From Candidatus Nomurabacteria bacterium (GTDB lineage: Bacteria; Patescibacteriota; Minisyncoccia; Phycocordibacterales; UBA9973): DNA of 64,000 bases. A program made the translations under genes and the position numbers. This document shows positions 19,101 through 26,540 of the stretch, piece after piece. Where the stretch lies: contig JAIOPO010000005.1 of assembly GCA_021413905.1 (NCBI GenBank), forward strand, positions 146,957-210,956, read 5' to 3'. Within the stretch, counting starts at the first letter, position 1. The number at the start of each line of letters is the position of its first letter. Under the pieces are notes generated by a model. That model was given only the letters and a program-made list of their open reading frames with translations, made no database searches and had not been told where the DNA came from.

Positions 19101-20282
19101 GGTTTTCTCAAGGAGATATTCGATCTTTACATCAACAGCGAAAACGAAAAAGAGATTGCGTATATTGCAAACGGTCTTTTGATTACTTCCCACGCCAACG
19201 CCGACGCTATTAACTGGCGACTCGAGGAAATAAAGAAACGCCCATTTGCTTCAAGTCTTCGACCTTACGGAGTAGTCCATAATGTTGGAGTAGAAGAAAA
19301 CGAGTTGCGTCACGATAAGCCGTTTGCCAAGCCACTCTCCGAACTCAAATATTCGGGATTTGAAGAAAAATATCTCGAACTGCTTGATAGCGCGATTGAG
19401 GTCTGGTCTCGTGGGAAGCAGTTTCAGGAGTACGCACAATATATGTGGGAAATCGTGCATTCCTATTTTGAAAATCTCAAAGAGGATCGAGACTACAGAC
19501 CGCTCAGAATGCTCGAAGAAAAAATTGCTACGCTCAAAAATAAAGAAGGGGCAAACTGGCTCGCTTCAAGCATGGTTCGCTTGCGCCGTTCGTATTTGGC
19601 GTATCTTGGAAAGCCGAAGAATTTCTCTGAGGCAATTCGTAACTACAACAAGGCACGAACATTTGAGGAAAAGAAAATCCGCAATTCTGCCGATTTGTTC
19701 CATCACTTACAAGACGTAATCAGTACCGAAATAAAACAATGGGTTGTTGACGATGGAGCATACAATATCATCGTCTCGAAAAAGAAGTACGCAAAAGAAA
19801 ATAAGGAATATGAAAAGCTTGTGCAAATGACAATCGGATCTGAAATCAGTAACGCATGCAGAGGACGCGGTTTTAGAATTGATCTGGCTCGCGAACAGCA
19901 GAAGCTCGATGGGAAGAAAACAGATTTCATTGTCCGTTACGGCTTCGTGGGTCCTATCGTACTCGAAGTGAAGCTCGGCTCCAGTTCGGATTTAAAAATG
20001 AAAAATCCTGAGAATTCAAAATCCTACGAGAGTATGGGAAATTACATGAAGGGATACGGTGCTTCACACGGTATTTTCCTGATCATGGATGACACTGGCG
20101 CAAAGCACATTATGAGAGCAAAGGAAGTGTTCAACCGTATCCCGAGCGTATCAGCAATGGTTCTCGACTGCTTCACTCCGGCGACAAAAAACCAAGCTCG
20201 AAAAACATCGACAACCAAGAAAAAATTAACAAAGAAAAAGTCTGTTGAAAAAACCAAAAAGGCTACTGCGAAAAAATCATAA
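16200..20282 (+). CDS. STAND/NACHT-type P-loop NTPase of 1360 aa with a central HEAT-repeat region, a C-terminal PD-(D/E)xK nuclease-like domain and a Lys-rich tail. Candidate antiviral NLR-like defense protein.
   Basis: Walker A LIVGEPGVGKTELLKKF and Walker B KKVLILDALDEV are present, followed by LIIYLSSR. HEAT/PBS-lyase-like repeats are seen at LQRHALLALEKLGDPTVIDELPNLLLGNDELVAREFVSA. The C-terminus ...KKTDFIVRYGFVGPIVLEVKLGSS gives a D...ExK arrangement, and the tail is KKKLTKKKSVEKTKKATAKKS. The start is GTG at 16200, directly after an in-frame TAG. Confidence 0.75.
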   Translation: MDQYIQPITKVFTSFEEAKNDVDQNGHSSLFIDDRKILSLTDLAQGNRNLIVGEPGVGKTELLKKFKAHHDTLGDKTCLVNLRIGSPIEQIDSFLKETTTAKKVLILDALDEVRSSIFPNVLQKIETVSKENPDLIIYLSSRWIFVSKYANSFPDFRFIRILPFSTWQVKKYLMHAGHTEADVDALLARIMHFNHGKLLVQIPRYLFFLVAFIKDKTIANVSQISRNELFEYFIYSKLDIEDKNLNTDTKAVIKRILEKLALTMEIYQANTITKDELMTFFDDIESDLKLTVLSHITLEVFYAKTILQESTQDLNSVEFENAEFQEYLAAKEITRFSEPHRVAFDFAVEENIDEILPSWFNTLTFLVDMIPDILEQLLEFSGLRSGTFKIADEGFLNFLGRVNPTSISSEFRSRIFMDVINYHEKTLQWIPGQLTHSLPGFFSIALEADLKRLAESAEKETGTNYFVKLGNIAYTVAYLFDAKVALDKPYWREKLISYTKDKNENGVLQRHALLALEKLGDPTVIDELPNLLLGNDELVAREFVSACIALDPDHPKSVIYAMQLIKDGELSGRYGLFEMKKKSSIVAFFKEYIKDDKFRKEFLDDVPILGEQDVALVKNIEAILDDEIAELCKEVIAKSIESYLHQSIDQSAFVNGLFQLLKKRDSGFISEIVRRLHKDDEKKHTLYFAQETFARILGKDDIVPFLGVMIELGQQKMAMDTMVRIKYSKRDACEEMFEFGRSKLPTEYAEWEAAIQRGTPPADTSRTDKMLKEFRLYLQPKKGEFTMGVFHHYIHAADTLDPLLTKKDKDRLIELITGSVLNQNPTAHGFTIQSEHPDGGTQRYTTSQVVQMFGDALRAAQRLGVDITPYRKNIALYIPFAYSEELKTIFELIKDFKPDELDPVIAIYQEKKDDLWRHQPESFANLAQQYHLVAAVPVLRDFVKESRFRIYNRCEMLRIIDSLAPDAGFLKEIFDLYINSENEKEIAYIANGLLITSHANADAINWRLEEIKKRPFASSLRPYGVVHNVGVEENELRHDKPFAKPLSELKYSGFEEKYLELLDSAIEVWSRGKQFQEYAQYMWEIVHSYFENLKEDRDYRPLRMLEEKIATLKNKEGANWLASSMVRLRRSYLAYLGKPKNFSEAIRNYNKARTFEEKKIRNSADLFHHLQDVISTEIKQWVVDDGAYNIIVSKKKYAKENKEYEKLVQMTIGSEISNACRGRGFRIDLAREQQKLDGKKTDFIVRYGFVGPIVLEVKLGSSSDLKMKNPENSKSYESMGNYMKGYGASHGIFLIMDDTGAKHIMRAKEVFNRIPSVSAMVLDCFTPATKNQARKTSTTKKKLTKKKSVEKTKKATAKKS

Positions 20283-20648
20283 TTCGATTTCATTCTTGAA
20301 CGTGTCGAGCGCCATCTCGAACGCATCGAGTCGCGTGCCGGTGCATAGCCCTCCGCACAAGCTGTCTTCGCCATCTGCCATGGCTTTTTCGCTCTCATAT
20401 ATTTCGTACATATATCCCTCGTTCATCTCGCTCCACTCGATTGAAATATACAGTGGCTTTTCGGCCGTGCTGTGTTTTTTACACCACAGACTGTCATCCG
20501 TCGCTCGCTCGGGACAGATGCGACAAAACTCCCAGTCTTTCCGATCCTCCACGTTCACTTTCTCCCAACATCCGTCGCACAGTCCGTTCTCGAACGGCTC
20601 GCTCATCGAGTTCGACGGACATCCTTTCTGTTTGCAAAAATATGCCAT
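20277..20648 (-). CDS. Small Cys-rich, multi-CxxC zinc-binding protein of 123 aa.
   Basis: Five Cys pairs: FCKQKGC, LCDGCW, FCRICP, WCKKH and LCGGLC. It lies between the NACHT gene and the serine recombinase. Confidence 0.5.
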   Translation of the reverse strand: MAYFCKQKGCPSNSMSEPFENGLCDGCWEKVNVEDRKDWEFCRICPERATDDSLWCKKHSTAEKPLYISIEWSEMNEGYMYEIYESEKAMADGEDSLCGGLCTGTRLDAFEMALDTFKNEIEL

Positions 20649-20649
20649 G

Positions 20650-21993
20650 TTATTTTTCTTCGTTTTCTTTTAGTAAAGTAATTTTCTTGTTGTTCAGTAC
20701 CAATCTCGTCCGCAGGTGACCCATCAGCTCGCGCTTCTCAAGCGGCGTACCCTCGCGGAGGACGTACTTCGCGTACTCTCTTGTATTCACATCGTCCTCG
20801 TTGATTGAATACTTCGGTGTACCTTTGGTCGCCAGTCGTTGTAGCCGGTTGAATCGTTTGATTTCTTCCTCCAGTTTCATTCGCATTCCCAGTTCATTGA
20901 TGCTCACTTGATCAATTACCTTGAACAGTTCCTCGATCAATTCTTCCTCGCGGATGTATTTGTTCTTGCAGTTGCGATCTCTTGCCTTCGAGCAGGAGTA
21001 GTAGACATACTTGGCCGTCGTCGTGTCTTTTAGCTCCTTGTACTTCTCCTGCGCCGTGATACCCGAGCCACATAGTCCGCAGGTAAACAATTTCGTGAAT
21101 GCGAATTCTCGATTTTCTCGCACAATCTTGTCTCGTTTCAGTTGCTCTTGTGCTTTCTCGTACAGTTCTTTCGTTATGATCGGCTCATGCTTCCCGTCGT
21201 ACCAATTGCCGGAGTCTCGGGGATACTCGAATGGTCCGTAGTAAATCGGCATGTTGAATATTCGGTACACTCCGCTCAGTGTCAGCGGCCGATTTCCTCT
21301 GGTGTGGAAATTCAGATCGAATCTGAGCCAGTTGTACACCTTTCGTCCGCTCCACCCCTCGTATGCCACTTTCTCGAACATTTTCCGGACGATCGGGGCG
21401 CGGTCGGGGTCGATTGCGATCTGGCATTTCCGGTCGAGCAGTTTCTGGTTCAGATACCCAAGCGGTGCCATGCCCGGCCAGAGTCCCATCTCAACCCTCG
21501 TTCGCAGTCCGCGCTTCACGTTAATGCCTCGGTTGTCGTTTTCGAGCTTCGCTTGCGAGCCGAGAATCATGAGCAGGAATTTCTCGTTCGGGTTGTTTCC
21601 GAACGTCTGCCCGAAGGTGCGTATCTGGTGCAATTTTCCCGCGTCCATGAGGTCGACAATTTTCCCGAGGTCACCCGCGTTTCTACTAATTCGATCCGGT
21701 GCCCATGTCAGGATGCCGTTGAACTTTCCGGCTCGCAGTTCGTCGATGATCTCGTTGAACACTGGCCGCTGACCCGTCTCTTTCGCGCTGTGACTCTCAC
21801 GCTTCATGGTCACAATCTCCAACCCCTCGCGCTCGGCCAGTTGGAGCATCTCCTTGATCTGGCTGTCGATGCTGAGCACCTGCCTCTCTTCCGACTCTGT
21901 CGATTTTCTCGCGTAGAGGCAGTATTTCATCTTGATCGGGATGACTACTTTGGCCGTCGTCCCTAATGGCGCTTGCGTTTGTGTATGGTTCAT
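20650..21993 (-). CDS. Large serine recombinase, integrase type, copy R1.
   Basis: YARKSTESEERQVLSIDSQ is the resolvase catalytic-Ser region. A recombinase domain follows, then the CGLCGSG...CSKARDRNC zinc ribbon and a C-terminal coiled-coil. The probable start is the M of MNHTQ... at about 21993, although the ORF is open to 22080. It is paralogous to 37815-39134 and 53409-54737. Confidence 0.85.
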   Translation of the reverse strand: MNHTQTQAPLGTTAKVVIPIKMKYCLYARKSTESEERQVLSIDSQIKEMLQLAEREGLEIVTMKRESHSAKETGQRPVFNEIIDELRAGKFNGILTWAPDRISRNAGDLGKIVDLMDAGKLHQIRTFGQTFGNNPNEKFLLMILGSQAKLENDNRGINVKRGLRTRVEMGLWPGMAPLGYLNQKLLDRKCQIAIDPDRAPIVRKMFEKVAYEGWSGRKVYNWLRFDLNFHTRGNRPLTLSGVYRIFNMPIYYGPFEYPRDSGNWYDGKHEPIITKELYEKAQEQLKRDKIVRENREFAFTKLFTCGLCGSGITAQEKYKELKDTTTAKYVYYSCSKARDRNCKNKYIREEELIEELFKVIDQVSINELGMRMKLEEEIKRFNRLQRLATKGTPKYSINEDDVNTREYAKYVLREGTPLEKRELMGHLRTRLVLNNKKITLLKENEEK

Positions 21994-22049
21994 ACATCTA
22001 CAGGAATGACGCAATACCGCTATGGAGTCCAGAGCGTCCCGAGTGGTAG

Positions 22050-22060
22050 GTGTTGGTAAC
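22050..22060. promoter_or_regulatory. Recombinase-associated conserved core GTGTTGGTAAC; putative attachment-site core at the R1 site.
   Basis: The same 11-mer recurs at 27696, 39189, 54793 and as GCTGTTGGTAAC at 58454. The left arm ...GATGACGCAA..AGAGCGTCCC is shared with the R3 site. Confidence 0.45.
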
Positions 22061-22083
22061 TTTTTTCTTGATATACTCACTAT

Positions 22084-22497
22084 ATGTCATACAAAGAACG
22101 AGCGCAGAGTTGGTACAAGCGTGCGATAATGGAAACCGATGAGTTCCTAAAATTCGTCCTACTCTTCATTGCAGTAGAAGCATTGCTTGAAGGGCAAAAA
22201 ATATATGCACTGAAAACCAAACCTAGATTATTAGAGACAATCGACCCGAAAGACATATCGATTCTTCGAGAGGCCTTAGATGCAAGACCACACCAAAATA
22301 TGGACGCGGATGGAGACCAAACATGGAACGGTAGATTGGAAAGTGATACGGACTGGATTGGAATTATTCTATTCTTAGCCCGAGCGAGAAATAATCTTTT
22401 TCATGGCGATAAGGCGTACGACGAGGAACGCGATATCTTTATTGTTACATACGGGAATAAAATGATTGAACCGATCGTAAAAAATTTACTTTCATAA
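22084..22497 (+). CDS. HEPN-like domain protein; putative RNase toxin or Abi component.
   Basis: The C-terminal R-x4-6-H motif ARARNNLFHG sits on a predicted all-helical 137-aa protein. Confidence 0.4.
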   Translation: MSYKERAQSWYKRAIMETDEFLKFVLLFIAVEALLEGQKIYALKTKPRLLETIDPKDISILREALDARPHQNMDADGDQTWNGRLESDTDWIGIILFLARARNNLFHGDKAYDEERDIFIVTYGNKMIEPIVKNLLS

Positions 22498-22821
22498 AAT
22501 ATCAAAAGGATTAAACTCTCGAATTTCTTTTTCAAGTCGATCCATTTCTTTCAGCATCCGCATCATGATTTTAATCGACCGCTTTTTCTTCTGTTCACCA
22601 TGTAGCCCAAGCAAATACTCGGCATCTTCATCGGGGATGAATGACGCGAGCGATATATATGAGGCGCACAAAAGTTGAATGCGCTCCTTGATGGCGCGTT
22701 TCAAATTCCGTTTCGATTCCGGCAAATCCGAAATTTTGTTGAACGCGTATCTTGGCTCGGATTCGTTATTATCGTATTTAAAATGTTGGCTGGCCTTAAT
22801 GACCTCTTCGATGTCGTCCAC
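22492..22821 (-). CDS. Hypothetical protein of 109 aa.
   Basis: ORF only; it is adjacent to the HEPN gene and overlaps it. Confidence 0.35.
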   Translation of the reverse strand: MDDIEEVIKASQHFKYDNNESEPRYAFNKISDLPESKRNLKRAIKERIQLLCASYISLASFIPDEDAEYLLGLHGEQKKKRSIKIMMRMLKEMDRLEKEIREFNPFDIL

Positions 22822-22879
22822 ACCCCATTGGATGACACAGACGGCACAGAATACCTAAGCCTGTCGGAGTTAGTAACTA

Positions 22880-23473
22880 TTACTCGCAAATTCCAGAAGA
22901 TACTTGCAAAGTTCCGCTATCAGAAAAAATACACATCGGGAGTTTCGTCGTATGGTCGTAGACGGTGATACCGCTTGGCTGACCTGTTGATCCGACCGTC
23001 AATTGCCCCATGCTCGCAGTTCCAAATCCTGCGGTGCCGGAAACAGACAAATCGGTATTGATGGTTAGAGAATTTACCGTCCCCGTATCAGTCCTAAAAT
23101 CACTAGCGGAAAGACTGCTCGCGCTGAAGTAGGTTGACGACCCATCAGTCGCGGCTGGAATATAGATAGACTGCAATCCTTGCTTGTCTGGATCATACGT
23201 TAGATTGTTTGAAAATCTGAGAAGTGCGGAGAGTTTATCTTTCGAAATCGTTTGCTCGATCAGCTTATTAAAAACACCTGTGGCGAGATTTGAAATGGAA
23301 TCGTCGGTATAAACTTTCGGGGGAACAATCTTAACTGGAGTCACCTTGCTCTTTATCGGAGCGACCACCTGTTTTGTCGCACTGCCTGTGACGGCGAATG
23401 CCGTGTGTATTTCCGTTGCTGAAAATACAGTGATTAATAAAATGGTAATTGATAGTAATAAAGTTTTACGCAT
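22880..23473 (-). CDS. Secreted hypothetical protein with a signal peptide.
   Basis: MRKTLLLSITILLITVFSATEIHTAFA signal peptide, followed by a Ser/Thr-rich mature part. Confidence 0.55.
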   Translation of the reverse strand: MRKTLLLSITILLITVFSATEIHTAFAVTGSATKQVVAPIKSKVTPVKIVPPKVYTDDSISNLATGVFNKLIEQTISKDKLSALLRFSNNLTYDPDKQGLQSIYIPAATDGSSTYFSASSLSASDFRTDTGTVNSLTINTDLSVSGTAGFGTASMGQLTVGSTGQPSGITVYDHTTKLPMCIFSDSGTLQVSSGICE

Positions 23474-23631
23474 CGCTTAATTTAATTGCAAATAGTTTGC
23501 ATTAGTAATAATGATCCGAGTGTAATCCACAGATAATAGTAAGTCAAGTAGTTGCAAACAATTTGCATTTGTATTATTATAGCCTTGCTGTTGTCATTTC
23601 ACTTATAAGCTATTAATAACTAATAAAAGTC

Positions 23632-24558
23632 ATGAATAAAAAATATGCAATCGGGCTTGTTCTCGGAATAGCGTTCATTGGGATTCTTACTTTGGTAATA
23701 AAAGATGGAAAACATGCCCCATCGGCATCGGTCGGTAAAATACAGGTTTCCACGAGCTTCTATCCTCTCTACTACTTCGCAAGCCGTATTGGTGGCGATA
23801 AAGCAGTCGTGACAAACATCACGCCCGCCGGAGCAGAGCCGCACGACTATGAGCCGACCCCGGGTGCTATCGCGGGAATTGAGAATAGCAAACTTCTCGT
23901 ACTCCAAGGTACTGGTCTTGAGGCATGGGGTGCTGATGTAAAAAAGAATATCGACCCGAACAAAACAACCGTCATCACTGTCGGACAAGACTTGATGACT
24001 CAGAACGTGGTTGAAGATGGAAATACTGTCATTGATCCGCATACATGGCTCGCACCGACGCTTGCCGAGAAAATGGCTGACAAGATTCTTGCTGGATATG
24101 TTTCTGTCGATCCTGCGAATGAAGCGTACTACCAAGAGAATGAGGCACAACTCAAAGCCGAGCTTGCTAGTCTTGATTCTGAATACAAACAAGGACTTGC
24201 AAGCTGTGCATCGAAAGACATTGTTACCTCGCACGCCGCCTTCGGATATCTCGCTACCGTCTATGGTCTCAATCAAGTTCCAATTTCAGGTGTTTCGCCC
24301 GATGCCGAGCCATCACCCAAACAGCTCGCCGATGTTGCCGATTTTGTAAAAAAGAACGGCGTGAAGTATATTTTCTTCGAGAGCTTGGTTTCTCCAAAGC
24401 TGTCCGAGACAATCGCTCGCGAAACAGGTGCACAAACGATGGTGCTTGATCCCATTGAGGGCATCACCCCCGAAGACCTCGCGAAAGGTATAGACTATAT
24501 GAGCGTCATGCGAAGCAATCTGCATAATCTTGAAACAGTACTCGAATGCAAAGCGTAA
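23632..24558 (+). CDS. znuA: Metal (Zn/Mn) ABC transporter substrate-binding protein, ZnuA/TroA family.
   Basis: Signal or anchor sequence, FYPLYYFASRIGGDKAVVTNITPAGAEPHDYEPTP, and the TroA-like fold pattern. Confidence 0.8.
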   Translation: MNKKYAIGLVLGIAFIGILTLVIKDGKHAPSASVGKIQVSTSFYPLYYFASRIGGDKAVVTNITPAGAEPHDYEPTPGAIAGIENSKLLVLQGTGLEAWGADVKKNIDPNKTTVITVGQDLMTQNVVEDGNTVIDPHTWLAPTLAEKMADKILAGYVSVDPANEAYYQENEAQLKAELASLDSEYKQGLASCASKDIVTSHAAFGYLATVYGLNQVPISGVSPDAEPSPKQLADVADFVKKNGVKYIFFESLVSPKLSETIARETGAQTMVLDPIEGITPEDLAKGIDYMSVMRSNLHNLETVLECKA

Positions 24559-25319
24559 ACCATTCAAAAAACATAGTTGAAGTTAAAAACGTATCATTTT
24601 CATATGGGTCTGAACTCGTGCTTGAAAACATCAGCTTCGATGTCCACGAAGGTGATTATCTCGGTATAGTGGGTCCTAATGGTGCGGGCAAGACGACACT
24701 CTTGAAAATCATGCTTGGGCTTTTGAAACCCGCGAGCGGTTCAATCAGCTTGTTCGGTACGTCACTATCGGATTTCAAGGACTGGCGAAAGATCGGCTAT
24801 GTTCCGCAAAAAGCAACTAATTTTGATTCCGGTTTTCCGGTGAGTGTGTACGATGTCGTCCTGATGGGATGTTACAACTACAAAGGTCTGTGTTGTCGTA
24901 TCAATACGGGAGACTGTTCCATTGTGGAACGCGTACTAAAGCAGGTTGGCATGTGGGAGTATAGAGATCGTCTGATTGGCGATCTATCCGGTGGACAGCA
25001 ACAGCGCGTGTTCATTGCCCGCGCTCTTGCGACCGAACCGAAAATAATCTTTCTTGATGAACCAACTACCGGAGTAGACAAGAAAATGCACGACGAATTC
25101 TATGACTTGTTGCGTACACTCAACCGTGATGCGGGATTGACGCTTGTGCTTATCTCTCACGATATCGAAAAGATTACCGAAGAAGCCATGCACATCGCCT
25201 GCATTGATCGAACACTTGTCTGTCATACAAGCCCCGAAGAATTTTTGAAGGAAAGCGAATCAAAAAATATGTTTGGTGAAAAAGTTAAAATCGTTAGTCC
25301 GCATCATCACGCCCATTAA
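24546..25319 (+). CDS. znuC: Metal ABC transporter ATP-binding protein.
   Basis: Walker A GPNGAGKTT, the LSGGQQQR signature and Walker B IIFLDEPT. Confidence 0.85.
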   Translation: MQSVNHSKNIVEVKNVSFSYGSELVLENISFDVHEGDYLGIVGPNGAGKTTLLKIMLGLLKPASGSISLFGTSLSDFKDWRKIGYVPQKATNFDSGFPVSVYDVVLMGCYNYKGLCCRINTGDCSIVERVLKQVGMWEYRDRLIGDLSGGQQQRVFIARALATEPKIIFLDEPTTGVDKKMHDEFYDLLRTLNRDAGLTLVLISHDIEKITEEAMHIACIDRTLVCHTSPEEFLKESESKNMFGEKVKIVSPHHHAH

Positions 25320-25323
25320 ATAT

Positions 25324-26118
25324 ATGAATCTTTTTCAGTACACTTTTATTCTTCACGGACTCTCGGCGGGAATCATCGTTGCGGTCATCGCGCCGATGGT
25401 AGGTATTTTTCTTGTGCTTAAACGGTATTCGCTCATTGCCGACACGCTTGCACACGTTTCGCTCGCAGGAATTGCTATTGGTTTACTTGCAGGCATTAAT
25501 CCGGTCTTTACCGCGCTCGGTGCGACCGTGCTTGGTTCGCTCGGTGTAGAACGCCTCCGAATGTCGAAGAATGTCTACGGCGAATCAGCATTGGCGCTCT
25601 TTCTCTCAGGTTCGCTTGCGCTCGCAATTGTGTTGATCTCACTTGCTCGCGGATTCAATACCAACCTCTTCAATTATCTCTTCGGAAGTATTGTGACTGT
25701 CACAATCGGCGATGTGTACACAATCCTTTGCTTGGCGTTTGTCGTGATTGCAATCCTTGCGTTTTTTTACAGAGAAATAATATATGTCACTTTCGATGAG
25801 GATGCGGCGCAGGTTTCGGGTGTTAACACACGACGAATAAACACTATTCTCATTGTTCTCGCGGCACTTGTTGTGTCGCTCTCCATCCCAATTGTCGGAG
25901 TGCTTCTCATTGGAGCATTGATTGTCATCCCTGTCGTTTCCGCGCTTCAGCTCAGAAAGAACTTCATGAAAACAATTCTGTACGCGGAGATAATTTCCAT
26001 CTTCTCTGTCATTATCGGTATCATCGCCTCGTTCTATTTGAACATTTCCGCCGGAGGCGCGATTGTACTTCTCATGCTCGCAATTTTCTTTGGTATCTAT
26101 ATACTTAAAAAGAGATGA
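25324..26118 (+). CDS. znuB: Metal ABC transporter permease.
   Basis: Polytopic membrane protein immediately downstream. The ORF is open from 25273, but the MNLFQY start at 25324 avoids overlap with znuC. Confidence 0.8.
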   Translation: MNLFQYTFILHGLSAGIIVAVIAPMVGIFLVLKRYSLIADTLAHVSLAGIAIGLLAGINPVFTALGATVLGSLGVERLRMSKNVYGESALALFLSGSLALAIVLISLARGFNTNLFNYLFGSIVTVTIGDVYTILCLAFVVIAILAFFYREIIYVTFDEDAAQVSGVNTRRINTILIVLAALVVSLSIPIVGVLLIGALIVIPVVSALQLRKNFMKTILYAEIISIFSVIIGIIASFYLNISAGGAIVLLMLAIFFGIYILKKR

Positions 26119-26540
26119 AAGCAAAACAAGACTTCAACCAAATACTTCGTACTGCCGGACTAAAATGTACACCGCCTCGCTTGGCAGTGCTCGCTTTTCT
26201 CGCGAGTGGCGGACACTATATTAGTGCACAGGAAATTCATGAAAAATTGGGTAAGAAAAAAGGACTTGACCTTGTAACCGTCTACAGAACGCTCGCTTCA
26301 TTTGAGAAGGCGGGCATCATTAAGCGTGTCGATGTACGCAAGGATGCGATATACTATGAATACAATGAAGGACATCACCACCACATCATTTGCACGAAAT
26401 GCGACAAAGTCGCTGAATTCAGTAATACCGGCGACGAAGCACTTATTGAGAAAGCTCTCAAGCAAGTCAAAGGTTTCAGCTCTATCTCGCACCACTCATT
26501 CGACCTCTTCGGGCTTTGCGACACCTGTGCGAAGAAATAA
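26115..26540 (+). CDS. zur: Fur-family metalloregulator, probable Zur.
   Basis: Winged helix plus the HHHHIICTKCDKVAEF ... CDTC metal sites; its stop overlaps the znuB frame. Confidence 0.8.
   Translation: MKAKQDFNQILRTAGLKCTPPRLAVLAFLASGGHYISAQEIHEKLGKKKGLDLVTVYRTLASFEKAGIIKRVDVRKDAIYYEYNEGHHHHIICTKCDKVAEFSNTGDEALIEKALKQVKGFSSISHHSFDLFGLCDTCAKK

Noticed and set aside
21142-21966. A 274-aa plus-strand ORF antisense to serine recombinase R1, and the similar antisense ORFs over R3 (54265-54774) and copA.
   Set aside because: The opposite strand encodes proteins with unmistakable family motifs. The antisense frames are Arg/Pro/Ser-rich with no motifs.
26302-26526. The long upstream extension of the YibE/F ORF that overlaps zur in another frame.
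   Set aside because: It would overlap 240 nt of a well-supported Fur-family gene. A GTG at 26527 gives a textbook signal peptide.
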